64,000 nt of DNA. Source: a virus. Shown piece by piece: positions 10,736 through 19,427 of the stretch; within the stretch, counting starts at the first letter, position 1; each line of letters begins with the position of its first letter. The position numbers and the translations under genes were made by a program. Below the pieces are notes generated by a model that was not told the origin of the DNA, made no database searches, and saw only the letters and a list, made by a program, of their open reading frames with translations. The stretch spans positions 28,931 through 92,930 of the IMG/VR virus record IMGVR_UViG_3300042484_001245; one strand, 5' to 3'.

Positions 10736-10766
10736 ATTTTTAGCGTATTGTAAGGAGTTATCCACC

Positions 10767-11390
10767 ATGACATTCAACATCAACTCGTTCAAATCACAAC
10801 TTGTGGGCGGAGGTGCTAGACCTTCGCTCTTTGAAGTTACTCTTAACTTCCCATCTACCCTTGCTGCAATTGGTGCAGTACCTGGGTCCGGAGTTGGGGC
10901 TGTTACTGGTAGCGCATCACAGAAATTAACTTTCATGTGTAAAGCAAGTGCTATTCCAGCAAGCTCTGTTGCTCCAATCGAAGTTCCATACTTCGGTCGC
11001 AAGGTTAAGTTTGCAGGTAACAGAACATTTGCTGAGTGGACAATCACTGTAATCAACGATGAAGACTTCTTAGTTCGCAAGAGCTTCGAGGCTTGGCTTG
11101 CTGGAATCAATGGTCATTCTAGCAACACAAAACTCTTGGGTGATTCTCCAACTACTATTGCTGGACTTGGTACAGGTTATCAGCAAAGTGGAACAGTAAA
11201 ACAATATGGTAAAGCTGGTGGTAATCCAATCCGCACCTATGAGTTCGTGAATGTGTTCCCATCTGAGATTTCTCCGATTGAACTTAACTGGGCATCTGAG
11301 AATGAGATCGAAGAGTATACAGTAACTCTTCAATATGACTACTGGGTTGCTGATCCAGTTGTTACTAATGGAGACTTGATTGACATCTAA
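10767..11390 (+). CDS. gp19: Tail tube protein gp19
   Basis: GGGARPSLFEV, VPYFGRKVKFAGNRTFAEWTITVINDEDF, IEEYTVTLQYDYW. Confidence 0.96.
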   Translation: MTFNINSFKSQLVGGGARPSLFEVTLNFPSTLAAIGAVPGSGVGAVTGSASQKLTFMCKASAIPASSVAPIEVPYFGRKVKFAGNRTFAEWTITVINDEDFLVRKSFEAWLAGINGHSSNTKLLGDSPTTIAGLGTGYQQSGTVKQYGKAGGNPIRTYEFVNVFPSEISPIELNWASENEIEEYTVTLQYDYWVADPVVTNGDLIDI

Positions 11391-11431
11391 TCAAGTTTAG
11401 ACTTTTTTAGAATGACTAAATATTAGTAACT

Positions 11432-11455
11432 CGCCTTCTTCAGAGAAGGCGTTTT
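11432..11455 (+). terminator. Rho-independent terminator
   Basis: cgccttct-tcag-agaaggcg followed by tttt. Confidence 0.7.
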
Positions 11456-11473
11456 ACTTTATGGGACTTGAAT

Positions 11474-13096
11474 ATGGCATTTGAACTGTTTGGTTGGCAA
11501 CTAAAGAAATCAAAAGAAGAACAACAGCAAAAGAAAGCTGAGTCATTTGTACTCCCAGAGAATCAAGATGGTGCAGTCAATGTTGAAGGTGTTGCTGGTG
11601 CGTACGGCGCATACATTGACTTCGATGCGACAGTAAAGAATGAGTTTGAACTCGTTACTCGATATAGAGAGCTTTCGTTACTTCCAGATGTAGACTTTGC
11701 TATTGACGACATCGTGAATGAGATGATTGTTCTTGATGGCACAAACGATGCTGTCAAAATCAATCTTGAAAAAGTAAAAGTTTCAAAATCAGTTAAGACG
11801 AAGATTGAAGAAGAGTTTAGAAACGTTCTCACACTTCTTGACTGGAACAATCAAGCATACGAGATCGTAAAGAAGTGGTACATCGATGGTCGTTTGTACT
11901 ATCATGTTGTTCTCGATGAGAAGAATCCAACTAAAGGTATTGCAGAGCTTCGTTATATTGATCCACGACAGATTAGAAAAGTTCGTGAGATTGATCGTCA
12001 AGTAGACAATGACACTGGCATTGAATTAGTAAACGTCAAAGACGAGTATTTCACATACAATGCTCGTGGTATGCAGTTCATGTCAAACACTCCGAACTCA
12101 TACAGTCCAACTGCAACGATTGCAGGAATCAAAATTCATCCAGACTGTATCTGCTACACTCACAGTGGTATTGTAGACAAGTATTCAGCATCTATTCTTT
12201 CACATCTTCACAAAGCAATTAAACCAATCAATCAGCTGAAAATGATGGAAGATGCTCTTGTCATCTATCGTATTGCTCGTGCTCCTGAGAGACGTATTTT
12301 CTACGTTGACGTTGGTAACTTACCAAAGACAAAAGCAGACGATTACCTTCGCAGTGTAATGAATCGTTATCGTAACAAGCTCCAGTACAATATTGAGACT
12401 GGTGAAATGAAAGACGATAGACGATTCTTGTCGATGCTTGAAGACTACTGGCTTCCTCGCCGTGAGGGTTCTCAGGGCACTTCGATTGAAACTCTTCCAG
12501 GTGGAGAGAATCTTGGTGAAATGCAAGACGTAGAATACTTTCAGAAAAAAGTTTACAGAGCATTGAACGTGCCGCTTTCTCGTCTTGATTCTGGTGCGGG
12601 GTTTCAACTTGGACGTGCAGCTGAAATATCTCGTGACGAAGTGAAGTTTGCAAAGTTCATTCATCGCATTCGTTTACGATTCAGTCATTTGTTTGATGAG
12701 TTGTTAAAAAAGCAACTCGTTCTCAAGAAAGTTATCAATCCAGACGAGTGGGCTTCTATTCGTGAAGGAATTAAGTTTGACTACAATACAGATAACCACT
12801 TTGCTGAATTAAAAGAAGCAGAGATCTTCAAGAGCAGACTTGAATTACTTCAACAGATTGATAGTTTTGCCGGCAAATACTTTTCTCAAGCATGGATTCG
12901 TCAAAACGTTCTTCGACAGAGTGAAGAAGATCGTCGTGAAATTGATACACAGATCCAAAATGAGCAACGACTTGTTGCTCAACAACAGCAAGCTCAAGCA
13001 GATGGTGCACTTGACGATATTTCTACATCAGATACAGGTATCGATGATGTGCTTGAGATATACGATCCTCTATCAGATTTGGAACTAGACAATTAA
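11474..13096 (+). CDS. gp20: Portal vertex protein gp20
   Basis: WYIDGRLYYH, YRIARAPERRIFYVDVGNLPK, MLEDYWLPRREG, LPGGENLG. Confidence 0.97.
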   Translation: MAFELFGWQLKKSKEEQQQKKAESFVLPENQDGAVNVEGVAGAYGAYIDFDATVKNEFELVTRYRELSLLPDVDFAIDDIVNEMIVLDGTNDAVKINLEKVKVSKSVKTKIEEEFRNVLTLLDWNNQAYEIVKKWYIDGRLYYHVVLDEKNPTKGIAELRYIDPRQIRKVREIDRQVDNDTGIELVNVKDEYFTYNARGMQFMSNTPNSYSPTATIAGIKIHPDCICYTHSGIVDKYSASILSHLHKAIKPINQLKMMEDALVIYRIARAPERRIFYVDVGNLPKTKADDYLRSVMNRYRNKLQYNIETGEMKDDRRFLSMLEDYWLPRREGSQGTSIETLPGGENLGEMQDVEYFQKKVYRALNVPLSRLDSGAGFQLGRAAEISRDEVKFAKFIHRIRLRFSHLFDELLKKQLVLKKVINPDEWASIREGIKFDYNTDNHFAELKEAEIFKSRLELLQQIDSFAGKYFSQAWIRQNVLRQSEEDRREIDTQIQNEQRLVAQQQQAQADGALDDISTSDTGIDDVLEIYDPLSDLELDN

Positions 13097-13125
13097 AACA
13101 CTAAATATCACTACAGGAGAATACT

Positions 13126-13305
13126 ATGACAGCTAAGAATGAAAAGTCACTCATCAGAAAGGCACTTGAGTCTATTTCTAATGGAAACGCCACGGCGTTG
13201 AAAAAGAACATTAAAGAGGCACTTCTTTCCAAAGTTCGTAGAGCACTCAACGAAAAAGAGAAAGATCTTGCTAAGACAATTATCAACGACACAACAAAAA
13301 AGTAA
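13126..13305 (+). CDS. Small prohead core protein (gp67-like), 59 aa, missing from the ORF track
   Basis: ATG after aggag and an ACTAAATA box; MTAKNEKSLIRKALESISNGNATALKKNIKEALLSKVRRALNEKEKDLAKTIINDTTKK; position between gp20 and gp21. Confidence 0.7.
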   Translation: MTAKNEKSLIRKALESISNGNATALKKNIKEALLSKVRRALNEKEKDLAKTIINDTTKK

Positions 13306-13309
13306 GCAC

Positions 13310-13969
13310 ATGAAACTTATTTGCGAAGTTACAGAAGAAATCAAAGTAATCAAAGAGGGTGCAGAAACAGACCCTAAAAGCTATTACATTGAAGGTGTCT
13401 TCATGCAAGCGGAGATCAAGAACCGCAACGGACGTATGTACCCTGAAGAAATGCTCAAGAGAGAAATCGAGCGTTACAATGTTGAATACGTTCAAAAGAA
13501 ACGTGCGTTTGGTGAGTTAGGACATCCAGATGGACCTACAATCAATCTTGATCGTGTATCACACATGATCACTGAGCTTCGTCATGAGGGTGCAGACTTC
13601 ATAGGCAAGGCTAAGATTCTCAGTACACCAAATGGAAATATTGTTAAAGCACTTATTGATGAAGGTGCACGCCTTGGCGTGTCTTCTCGCGGAATGGGCT
13701 CAATCAAAACTGAAGGGCGCGATGTGCAGATCGTACAAGATGATTTTTATCTTGCAACAGCAGCCGATATTGTGGCAGACCCTAGTGCGCCTGATGCGTT
13801 TGTTAATGGGATAATGGAAGGTAAAGAGTGGGTATGGCAGAACGGCATACTCTGTGAGCGTGATATTCACGATATGAAGAAGCGCATTCAAAAAGCTCCA
13901 GCTAAGAAGATCAAAGAAGTAAGTGTGCAAGCATTTGAGAGCTTCATCAGGAAACTCGAAAAAAAGTAA
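13310..13969 (+). CDS. gp21: Prohead protease gp21
   Basis: YIEGVFMQAEIKNRNGRMYP, GELGHP, LGVSSRGMGS, DIVADPSAPDAFV. Confidence 0.96.
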   Translation: MKLICEVTEEIKVIKEGAETDPKSYYIEGVFMQAEIKNRNGRMYPEEMLKREIERYNVEYVQKKRAFGELGHPDGPTINLDRVSHMITELRHEGADFIGKAKILSTPNGNIVKALIDEGARLGVSSRGMGSIKTEGRDVQIVQDDFYLATAADIVADPSAPDAFVNGIMEGKEWVWQNGILCERDIHDMKKRIQKAPAKKIKEVSVQAFESFIRKLEKK

Positions 13970-13998
13970 GCATACATACTTTGTGATGGTGAATTGAG

Positions 13999-14409
13999 AT
14001 GGCAAACTTCTTATACGATAGTGCACGAGAAAAGTTTTTGAGCGGCGAATTGTCGTGGTTGAATGACGACATTCGTGTTGCCATACTCGTCAATAACGTA
14101 TATTCTGGAAATGATTTTTCTCGTGAAAACCACATTACACTTTCAGATATTCCATCAACTGCAATCTACAAAACATCAACTCCATTAACACACAAAGAAG
14201 CAACAAAGGGTATTGCAAACGCAGCGCCCGTTGTGTTTCGAGCTGTGCCTTCCGGCGTGACGTTCACATCAGTTGTGATATACAAGAAAGGTAGTTCAGC
14301 TACAAGCTCTCCGTTGATTGCACATATTGATATTCAGCTACAAACTACTGGACTTGATGATGTATCAATTCAGTGGAACACAACCGACAACAAGATATTC
14401 AAGTTATAG
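13999..14409 (+). CDS. Putative virion structural protein
   Basis: MANFLYDSAREKFLSGELSWLNDDIRVAIL pattern resembles small beta-rich phage structural proteins; not a T4 core gene. Confidence 0.5.
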   Translation: MANFLYDSAREKFLSGELSWLNDDIRVAILVNNVYSGNDFSRENHITLSDIPSTAIYKTSTPLTHKEATKGIANAAPVVFRAVPSGVTFTSVVIYKKGSSATSSPLIAHIDIQLQTTGLDDVSIQWNTTDNKIFKL

Positions 14410-14412
14410 TAT

Positions 14413-14793
14413 ATGGCAGGCTTAGGAATTTCATACTACATAACACACATCAAGCAACCTGCTGAGAGACTTCCAATCGACATCAGTTTTGGAAAACTTC
14501 ATGTTCTTCCAAGAGGTGCAAAGGAGATCATATCTGCTGACGTTTCAGCGAAGAGATGGCCTCGAAAATCACCAGACGATGTTGAACTTGCTAATGACTT
14601 CATAGCATCTAGCAATCCACTAACAGAGGAATCAACACCTTCAGTGACTATCTTGAATCCAAACAAAACATCAGTACGTTTTGTGGTTGAAGGTGGTGAA
14701 AGTGGATACGATTATGAAGTCACCGTTCTTGTGACGTTTGACAACGGAGCAAAATTGGAAGAAGAAGTGTTCATAAGAGTGAGAGAAGAATAG
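14413..14793 (+). CDS. Putative fibre/tail adaptor-like beta-sandwich protein
   Basis: K-x-P-x-E-x-L-x-x-x-I-x-F start and GG-x-x-G-x-x-Y-x-V..T ..E..I-x-V-x-E end typical of small phage adaptor proteins. Confidence 0.5.
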   Translation: MAGLGISYYITHIKQPAERLPIDISFGKLHVLPRGAKEIISADVSAKRWPRKSPDDVELANDFIASSNPLTEESTPSVTILNPNKTSVRFVVEGGESGYDYEVTVLVTFDNGAKLEEEVFIRVREE

Positions 14794-14796
14794 TTT

Positions 14797-14804
14797 TATA
14801 AATA
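14797..14804 (+). promoter_or_regulatory. T4-type late promoter TATAAATA
   Basis: Exact consensus upstream of gp22. Confidence 0.8.
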
Positions 14805-14845
14805 AAAATGCCGTAGTGCGGAATTTACAATCAGGAGTAATTACA

Positions 14846-16021
14846 ATGGCTATTACATCAAAGTTTTTGAGAGACATCCGTGAAAGTGCTGAAGCTGATT
14901 TGCCTATTCATGCTTCTGATGCATCATCTGACGCTCAGGCTGTAAAGGTTGAAGAGACTGATACAGACCACGAGAAGAAGATTGAGGAAGAGGAAGACGA
15001 GGAAGAAAAGCACGCCGTTGCCGAAGAGTCTGACGAAGACGAAAAGGCTGTAGCTGAAGAAGCTGACGAGGACGAACTCTCTGAAGAAGAGGAAGAAGAT
15101 CACGACAAGAAGGCTGTAGCTGAAGAAGCTGACGAGGACGAACTCTCTGAAGAAGAGGAAGAAGAAAAGCTCGCAGCTGCACACGAGTCATATGGCGATG
15201 AAGAAGAAGTAAAAGAAGAAGATGCTTCTATCGCAAAGGATGATGAAGAGAAACTTTCTGAAGAAGAAGATGAAGAAGTAAAAGAAGCGGCTGACGCTCT
15301 TACCAAGGATGAAGAACTCCCAGAGTCTTTCAAGTCCAAGGTTTCTTCTATCTTTGAAGCTGCCGTTAAGCGCACTGCCAAGAAGCGTGTTGCTGCGCAC
15401 AAGAAGAAGCTCGTAGAGAGCTACAACACCAAACTTGCAACGAGCAAGAAAAAGATTTCGGAAACCCTTGTCAACAAAGTCGATGGATACCTTGACTATG
15501 TTGTAGAAGAGTGGATGAAAGAGAATAGAGTGGCTGTTGAAGGTGCACTTCGCTCTGAGATAACTGAAAAGTTCATCACTGGATTGAAGAGCCTTTTTGA
15601 GAGTCATTATATCGAAGTTCCAGCTGAGAAGGCTAATGTGCTTTCTGAGCAGGAGTCTAAGATTAAGAAACTTGAGAAGGAGCTCAACGATGAACTCGTT
15701 AAGAGTGTCGAACTCCGTAAGGAGAACATTCGTCTCAAGAAGTCATCTATTATCAAGAAGCTCACTGAAGGAATGACTGTAACTGAATCAGCAAAGTTTG
15801 TTGAACTCTGTGAAGGGGTATCATACGAAAATGCTAATACATTCGGTCAGAAGCTCAAGGCGATTAAGGAAACTTACTTTCCAAAAACCCCTAAAAGCTC
15901 CGGTGACATTGACGCTTCTTTATTGACTGAAGGCGGTTTGACGCACGAAGATGAAAAGCCAAAGACTATTACTGCGGCTGACATCTATGCCCAAACCATT
16001 TCGCGTATGGTGAAGAAATAG
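14846..16021 (+). CDS. gp22: Prohead core scaffold gp22 with acidic N-terminal region
   Basis: IFEAAV, VDGYLDYVVEEWMKENRVAVE, FITGLKSLFESHYI, IKETYF; aggag SD. Confidence 0.93.
   Translation: MAITSKFLRDIRESAEADLPIHASDASSDAQAVKVEETDTDHEKKIEEEEDEEEKHAVAEESDEDEKAVAEEADEDELSEEEEEDHDKKAVAEEADEDELSEEEEEEKLAAAHESYGDEEEVKEEDASIAKDDEEKLSEEEDEEVKEAADALTKDEELPESFKSKVSSIFEAAVKRTAKKRVAAHKKKLVESYNTKLATSKKKISETLVNKVDGYLDYVVEEWMKENRVAVEGALRSEITEKFITGLKSLFESHYIEVPAEKANVLSEQESKIKKLEKELNDELVKSVELRKENIRLKKSSIIKKLTEGMTVTESAKFVELCEGVSYENANTFGQKLKAIKETYFPKTPKSSGDIDASLLTEGGLTHEDEKPKTITAADIYAQTISRMVKK
15044..15165 (+). repeat. Perfect 56-nt direct repeat, 66-nt period, in gp22
   Basis: aaggctgtagctgaagaagctgacgaggacgaactctctgaagaagaggaagaaga at 15044 and 15110. 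Confidence 0.9.
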
Positions 16022-16068
16022 GAATGATAAATAGTTTTTAAGGGATTATATTAAAAGGAGACATTCAA

Positions 16069-17373
16069 ATGTATCTCACTGAAGAACTTCAAAAGAAATG
16101 GGAAAAGGTGCTTAGTCACCCTGATTTGCCTGAAGTGCAAGATGCACACAAGAGAGCGGTTCTTACTGTTCTTCTTGAGAATCAGGAGCAAGAGGCTCGT
16201 AAGGAGCGTGGCATCATTACTGAGTCACTTCCTGCTAACCACGGTGGTCTTGCAACCCAGACAACTACCGCAAACGGAACAGCTAACGCTAACGTTCAAG
16301 CATATGACCCAGTGCTCATTTCGCTCGTTCGTCGTGCTCTTCCAAACCTCATGGCATTCGATGTATGCGGTGTTCAACCAATGAAAGCTCCAACTGGGCT
16401 CATCTTTGCTATGCGTAGCAAGTATGACACACAGGATGGTGCTGAGGCTCTCTACAAGGAAGCTAAGACATCTCACTCTGGAACTGGTACGCATGATGCG
16501 ACTGATCCATTTGCAGCACCTGGTCGTGGTCTCACTTCGACAGCTGGTGAAGCACTCGGAACTTCTGGCGGAGCAGCGTTCAAGGAAATGGCTTTCTCTA
16601 TCGACAAGATTTCGGTAGAAGCTAAGACTCGTGCACTCAAGGCTGAGTACACAATGGAACTTGCACAAGACCTTCGTGCAGTACATGGTCTTGATGCTGA
16701 GACTGAGCTTGCTAACATCCTCTCTGCTGAAATTCTTGCAGAGATCAACCGTGAAGTAATTCGTACTGTGTACAACGTTGCTAAGGAAGGTGCTCAACAC
16801 ACTGGACTTGCTAACGCTGGAGAGTTCGACCTTGACGTTGATGCAAACGGACGTTGGTCTGTTGAGAAGTACAAGGGCTTGATGGTTCAAATCGAGCGTG
16901 AAGCAAACACAATCGCTAAGGAAACTCGTCGTGGACGTGGAAACATCCTCATCTGTGACGCTGACACTGCAAGCGCATTGTCTGTTGCTGGACTTCTTGA
17001 TTGTAACTCTGCTCTCAAGGATTCTCTCTCAGTTGATGATACTGGAAACACATTCGTTGGAGTTCTCAACGGACGTTTCAAAGTATACATCGACCCATTT
17101 GCTCCTCTTGGCACTAACTTCTTAGTTGCTGGATTCAAGGGCGCAAATCAATACGATGCTGGATTGTTCTACTGCCCATACGTACCACTTCAGATGGTTC
17201 GTGCAGTTGACACTGGTTCGTTCCAGCCAAAGATTGGATTCAAGACCCGTTACGGGCTTGTAGCTAATCCTTTCGCTGCTGCGACTGCTGGCGATAACGC
17301 TGCTCTTAGTGGCGCTCTCACAGCTGGAACTAACTCTTACTATCGTAAGGTTAGCATCAAGAACCTTCTCTAA
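16069..17373 (+). CDS. gp23: Major capsid protein gp23
   Basis: DPVLISLVRR, GVQPMKAPTGLIFAMRS, RALKAEYTMELAQDLRAVHGLDAETEL, SFQPKIGFKTRYG. Confidence 0.98.
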   Translation: MYLTEELQKKWEKVLSHPDLPEVQDAHKRAVLTVLLENQEQEARKERGIITESLPANHGGLATQTTTANGTANANVQAYDPVLISLVRRALPNLMAFDVCGVQPMKAPTGLIFAMRSKYDTQDGAEALYKEAKTSHSGTGTHDATDPFAAPGRGLTSTAGEALGTSGGAAFKEMAFSIDKISVEAKTRALKAEYTMELAQDLRAVHGLDAETELANILSAEILAEINREVIRTVYNVAKEGAQHTGLANAGEFDLDVDANGRWSVEKYKGLMVQIEREANTIAKETRRGRGNILICDADTASALSVAGLLDCNSALKDSLSVDDTGNTFVGVLNGRFKVYIDPFAPLGTNFLVAGFKGANQYDAGLFYCPYVPLQMVRAVDTGSFQPKIGFKTRYGLVANPFAAATAGDNAALSGALTAGTNSYYRKVSIKNLL

Positions 17374-17401
17374 TTTAATTAGAGTAATATAATCCACGAA
17401 G

Positions 17402-17434
17402 AAGGGGGGTTGGAAATACCAACTCCCCTTTTTT
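17402..17434 (+). terminator. Rho-independent terminator after gp23
   Basis: aaggggggttgg-aaata-ccaactcccctt followed by a T-run. Confidence 0.85.
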
Positions 17435-17539
17435 ATTACCCAAATTCAGTCCAATTTGGATGTGGCAAGTTTTTTCTTGATATCCTCTGTTGTACGCTCT
17501 ATCATAAATACTAATGAATCGTTCTAACACTTTCCACAT

Positions 17540-18115
17540 ATGCCAACTTACGAAGTAGTAAACAGAAATTTTCAGTCTCCGTTGAACTTCGAGTTCCGAG
17601 TTGATCGTCTCACCGACTTCAACTACTTTGTACAGAAGATCAATCTTCCTGATCTGAGCATCACACCCGCATCTAACGGTGGTACTAACCCTCTCGTTAA
17701 GATTCCTATTCCAGGTGACAGTATCGACTTCGGTGAGTTATCAATCGATTTCAAAGTAGACGAAGGCATGAACAACTGGTATGAGATCTATGCGTGGATG
17801 CGTGGTATCTCTTTCCCTGAAGACAATCAACAGTATCGTGATTGGTTAGCAGGACGCACTACTAACTTGAATGGTGTTCCACTCTCAAGCACATTGAACA
17901 TGAATAGTGTTCACGGCACTGGAACATTTCTCATTAACACAAGTCAAAACAATCCTTGTTTGAAAATAACGTTTGTTGATATGCATCCAGTGAGCCTCGG
18001 TGAGATTGTTTTTGATACACGAGAGACTGACGTTTTGTATGTGACTGCGAGCGTTTCATTTAAGTATAGCTATTTTCTTGTTGAGAAGATAGTTCAACCA
18101 ACTACTTCAGTTTAG
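17540..18115 (+). CDS. gp3: Tail completion protein gp3
   Basis: NFQSPLNFEF, PGDSIDFGELSIDFKVDEGMNNWYEIYAWM; gp23-gp3-uvsY-uvsW synteny. Confidence 0.85.
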   Translation: MPTYEVVNRNFQSPLNFEFRVDRLTDFNYFVQKINLPDLSITPASNGGTNPLVKIPIPGDSIDFGELSIDFKVDEGMNNWYEIYAWMRGISFPEDNQQYRDWLAGRTTNLNGVPLSSTLNMNSVHGTGTFLINTSQNNPCLKITFVDMHPVSLGEIVFDTRETDVLYVTASVSFKYSYFLVEKIVQPTTSV

Positions 18116-18125
18116 GAGTTGTATT

Positions 18126-18494
18126 ATGGCTATTAAAACGAAGAAAAGAACAATACAGAGAAAAACACCACGCAGAGTAAAGATCGGATACTTAGACTTT
18201 AAGCTAGTACCTCGGTCAAAGAAATGGAGCATTAAACACAAGGCTCTTGGTATGTGTATTCCTGAAGATGCTCACATTGCATACTACTCTAAGCAAAAAA
18301 GATCAGAAATTGTAAACACCATCATTCATGAACTTCTTCATGGTGTTGTGTATATGTTTGACATCAATTTTAGAAACTTGCGAGAAGAAGAAAAAGTTGT
18401 GCGCAAGATGGCAAATGGTCTACATACTATATTCAAAGACAATCCTGAATTTTTAGAGTGGCTAGTTCAAAACTCAGTCAAAGATGACGAATAA
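18126..18494 (+). CDS. Small HExxH metallopeptidase-like protein
   Basis: NTIIHELLHG followed by EEKVV; basic N-terminus. Confidence 0.6.
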   Translation: MAIKTKKRTIQRKTPRRVKIGYLDFKLVPRSKKWSIKHKALGMCIPEDAHIAYYSKQKRSEIVNTIIHELLHGVVYMFDINFRNLREEEKVVRKMANGLHTIFKDNPEFLEWLVQNSVKDDE

Positions 18495-18741
18495 AGTTCC
18501 AGAGTGGGTTGAACGCTTGAAACAAGGTGAGTTTCTTGTAATAGTGTTTCCATACACTGGCGATACTGTCTATGCTAAGGTAATGGAAAACAATCCAACA
18601 CCTCAAGATAGTATGTACTTTGGCACGATCACTGTAAACTATACACTCAATAATCACTCAAAACAGGAAGATCTTCTATACGACGATTATTCAAAAGAGC
18701 CAGAATACTTTGACAACTGGTATGCTTATAGAGTAACATAG
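18484..18741 (+). CDS. Hypothetical protein
   Basis: Fills the operon, overlapping start; no motif recognised. Confidence 0.55.
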   Translation: MTNKVPEWVERLKQGEFLVIVFPYTGDTVYAKVMENNPTPQDSMYFGTITVNYTLNNHSKQEDLLYDDYSKEPEYFDNWYAYRVT

Positions 18742-18772
18742 TCATCGCACCAATACTTGTGAAACCATTATT

Positions 18773-19204
18773 ATGAAACTTGAAGAAATTGAAGCACTGT
18801 GGGAACAAGACTCTAAGATTGATCGCACTGATTTGGACAATGAGAGTCTAAAGATACCTACACTCCACAGTAAGTATTACAAGATCTACTTGCGTGAAAA
18901 AGTACAACTCAAAGCAGAAGAGCAAGAGTATAAGATTTACTATAAGCTCAAGCATGAATACTATACTGGCAAGATGTCAAAAGAAGATCTCGATGAACAT
19001 GGTTGGGAACCATTTCAGTTTGTTCTCAAGAACGACTTGCAAGTATACATCGATGCTGACAAAGATATTGCTGACAGACTATTAAAGCTCCAAGTTCAAC
19101 GTGAAAAGGTTGACTTACTTGAAAGCATCATCAAGACACTTAATGGTCGTGGCTTTCTGATCAAAAACGCAATCGACTTCATTCGTTTTACGAGTGGAGC
19201 ATAG
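18773..19204 (+). CDS. uvsY: Recombination mediator UvsY
   Basis: WEQDSKID..LDNESLKIPTLHSKY, IKNAIDF..F.SG. Confidence 0.92.
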   Translation: MKLEEIEALWEQDSKIDRTDLDNESLKIPTLHSKYYKIYLREKVQLKAEEQEYKIYYKLKHEYYTGKMSKEDLDEHGWEPFQFVLKNDLQVYIDADKDIADRLLKLQVQREKVDLLESIIKTLNGRGFLIKNAIDFIRFTSGA

Positions 19205-19205
19205 T

Positions 19206-19301
19206 ATGCTAGAGAACAAACTACTCGTTTTTTGCTCTCTTTTTGGATGTTGGACTGTTATCACAGCTATCATCGCATTTGTACAATCGATTCTTAACTA
19301 A
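19206..19301 (+). CDS. Putative 31-aa membrane peptide
   Basis: MLENKLLVFCSLFGCWTVITAIIAFVQSILN, starts immediately after the uvsY stop with ggag upstream. Confidence 0.4.
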   Translation: MLENKLLVFCSLFGCWTVITAIIAFVQSILN

Positions 19302-19427
19302 GAACACACCCTGCCGCTCTAGGATCGATTCCTACGCATAATTGCTTCTAGTACGTCTCATCGTACAGGAAGCACCGTTTTTTTACGGTAATAAATAATT
19401 CCAAAGGTATAGTTGTACTCTTTGGAA

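Noticed and set aside
17374-17539. tRNA or other RNA gene after gp23
   Set aside because: Only a terminator, a short hairpin and a late promoter; no cloverleaf seen here or in other gaps by eye (tRNAscan not run).
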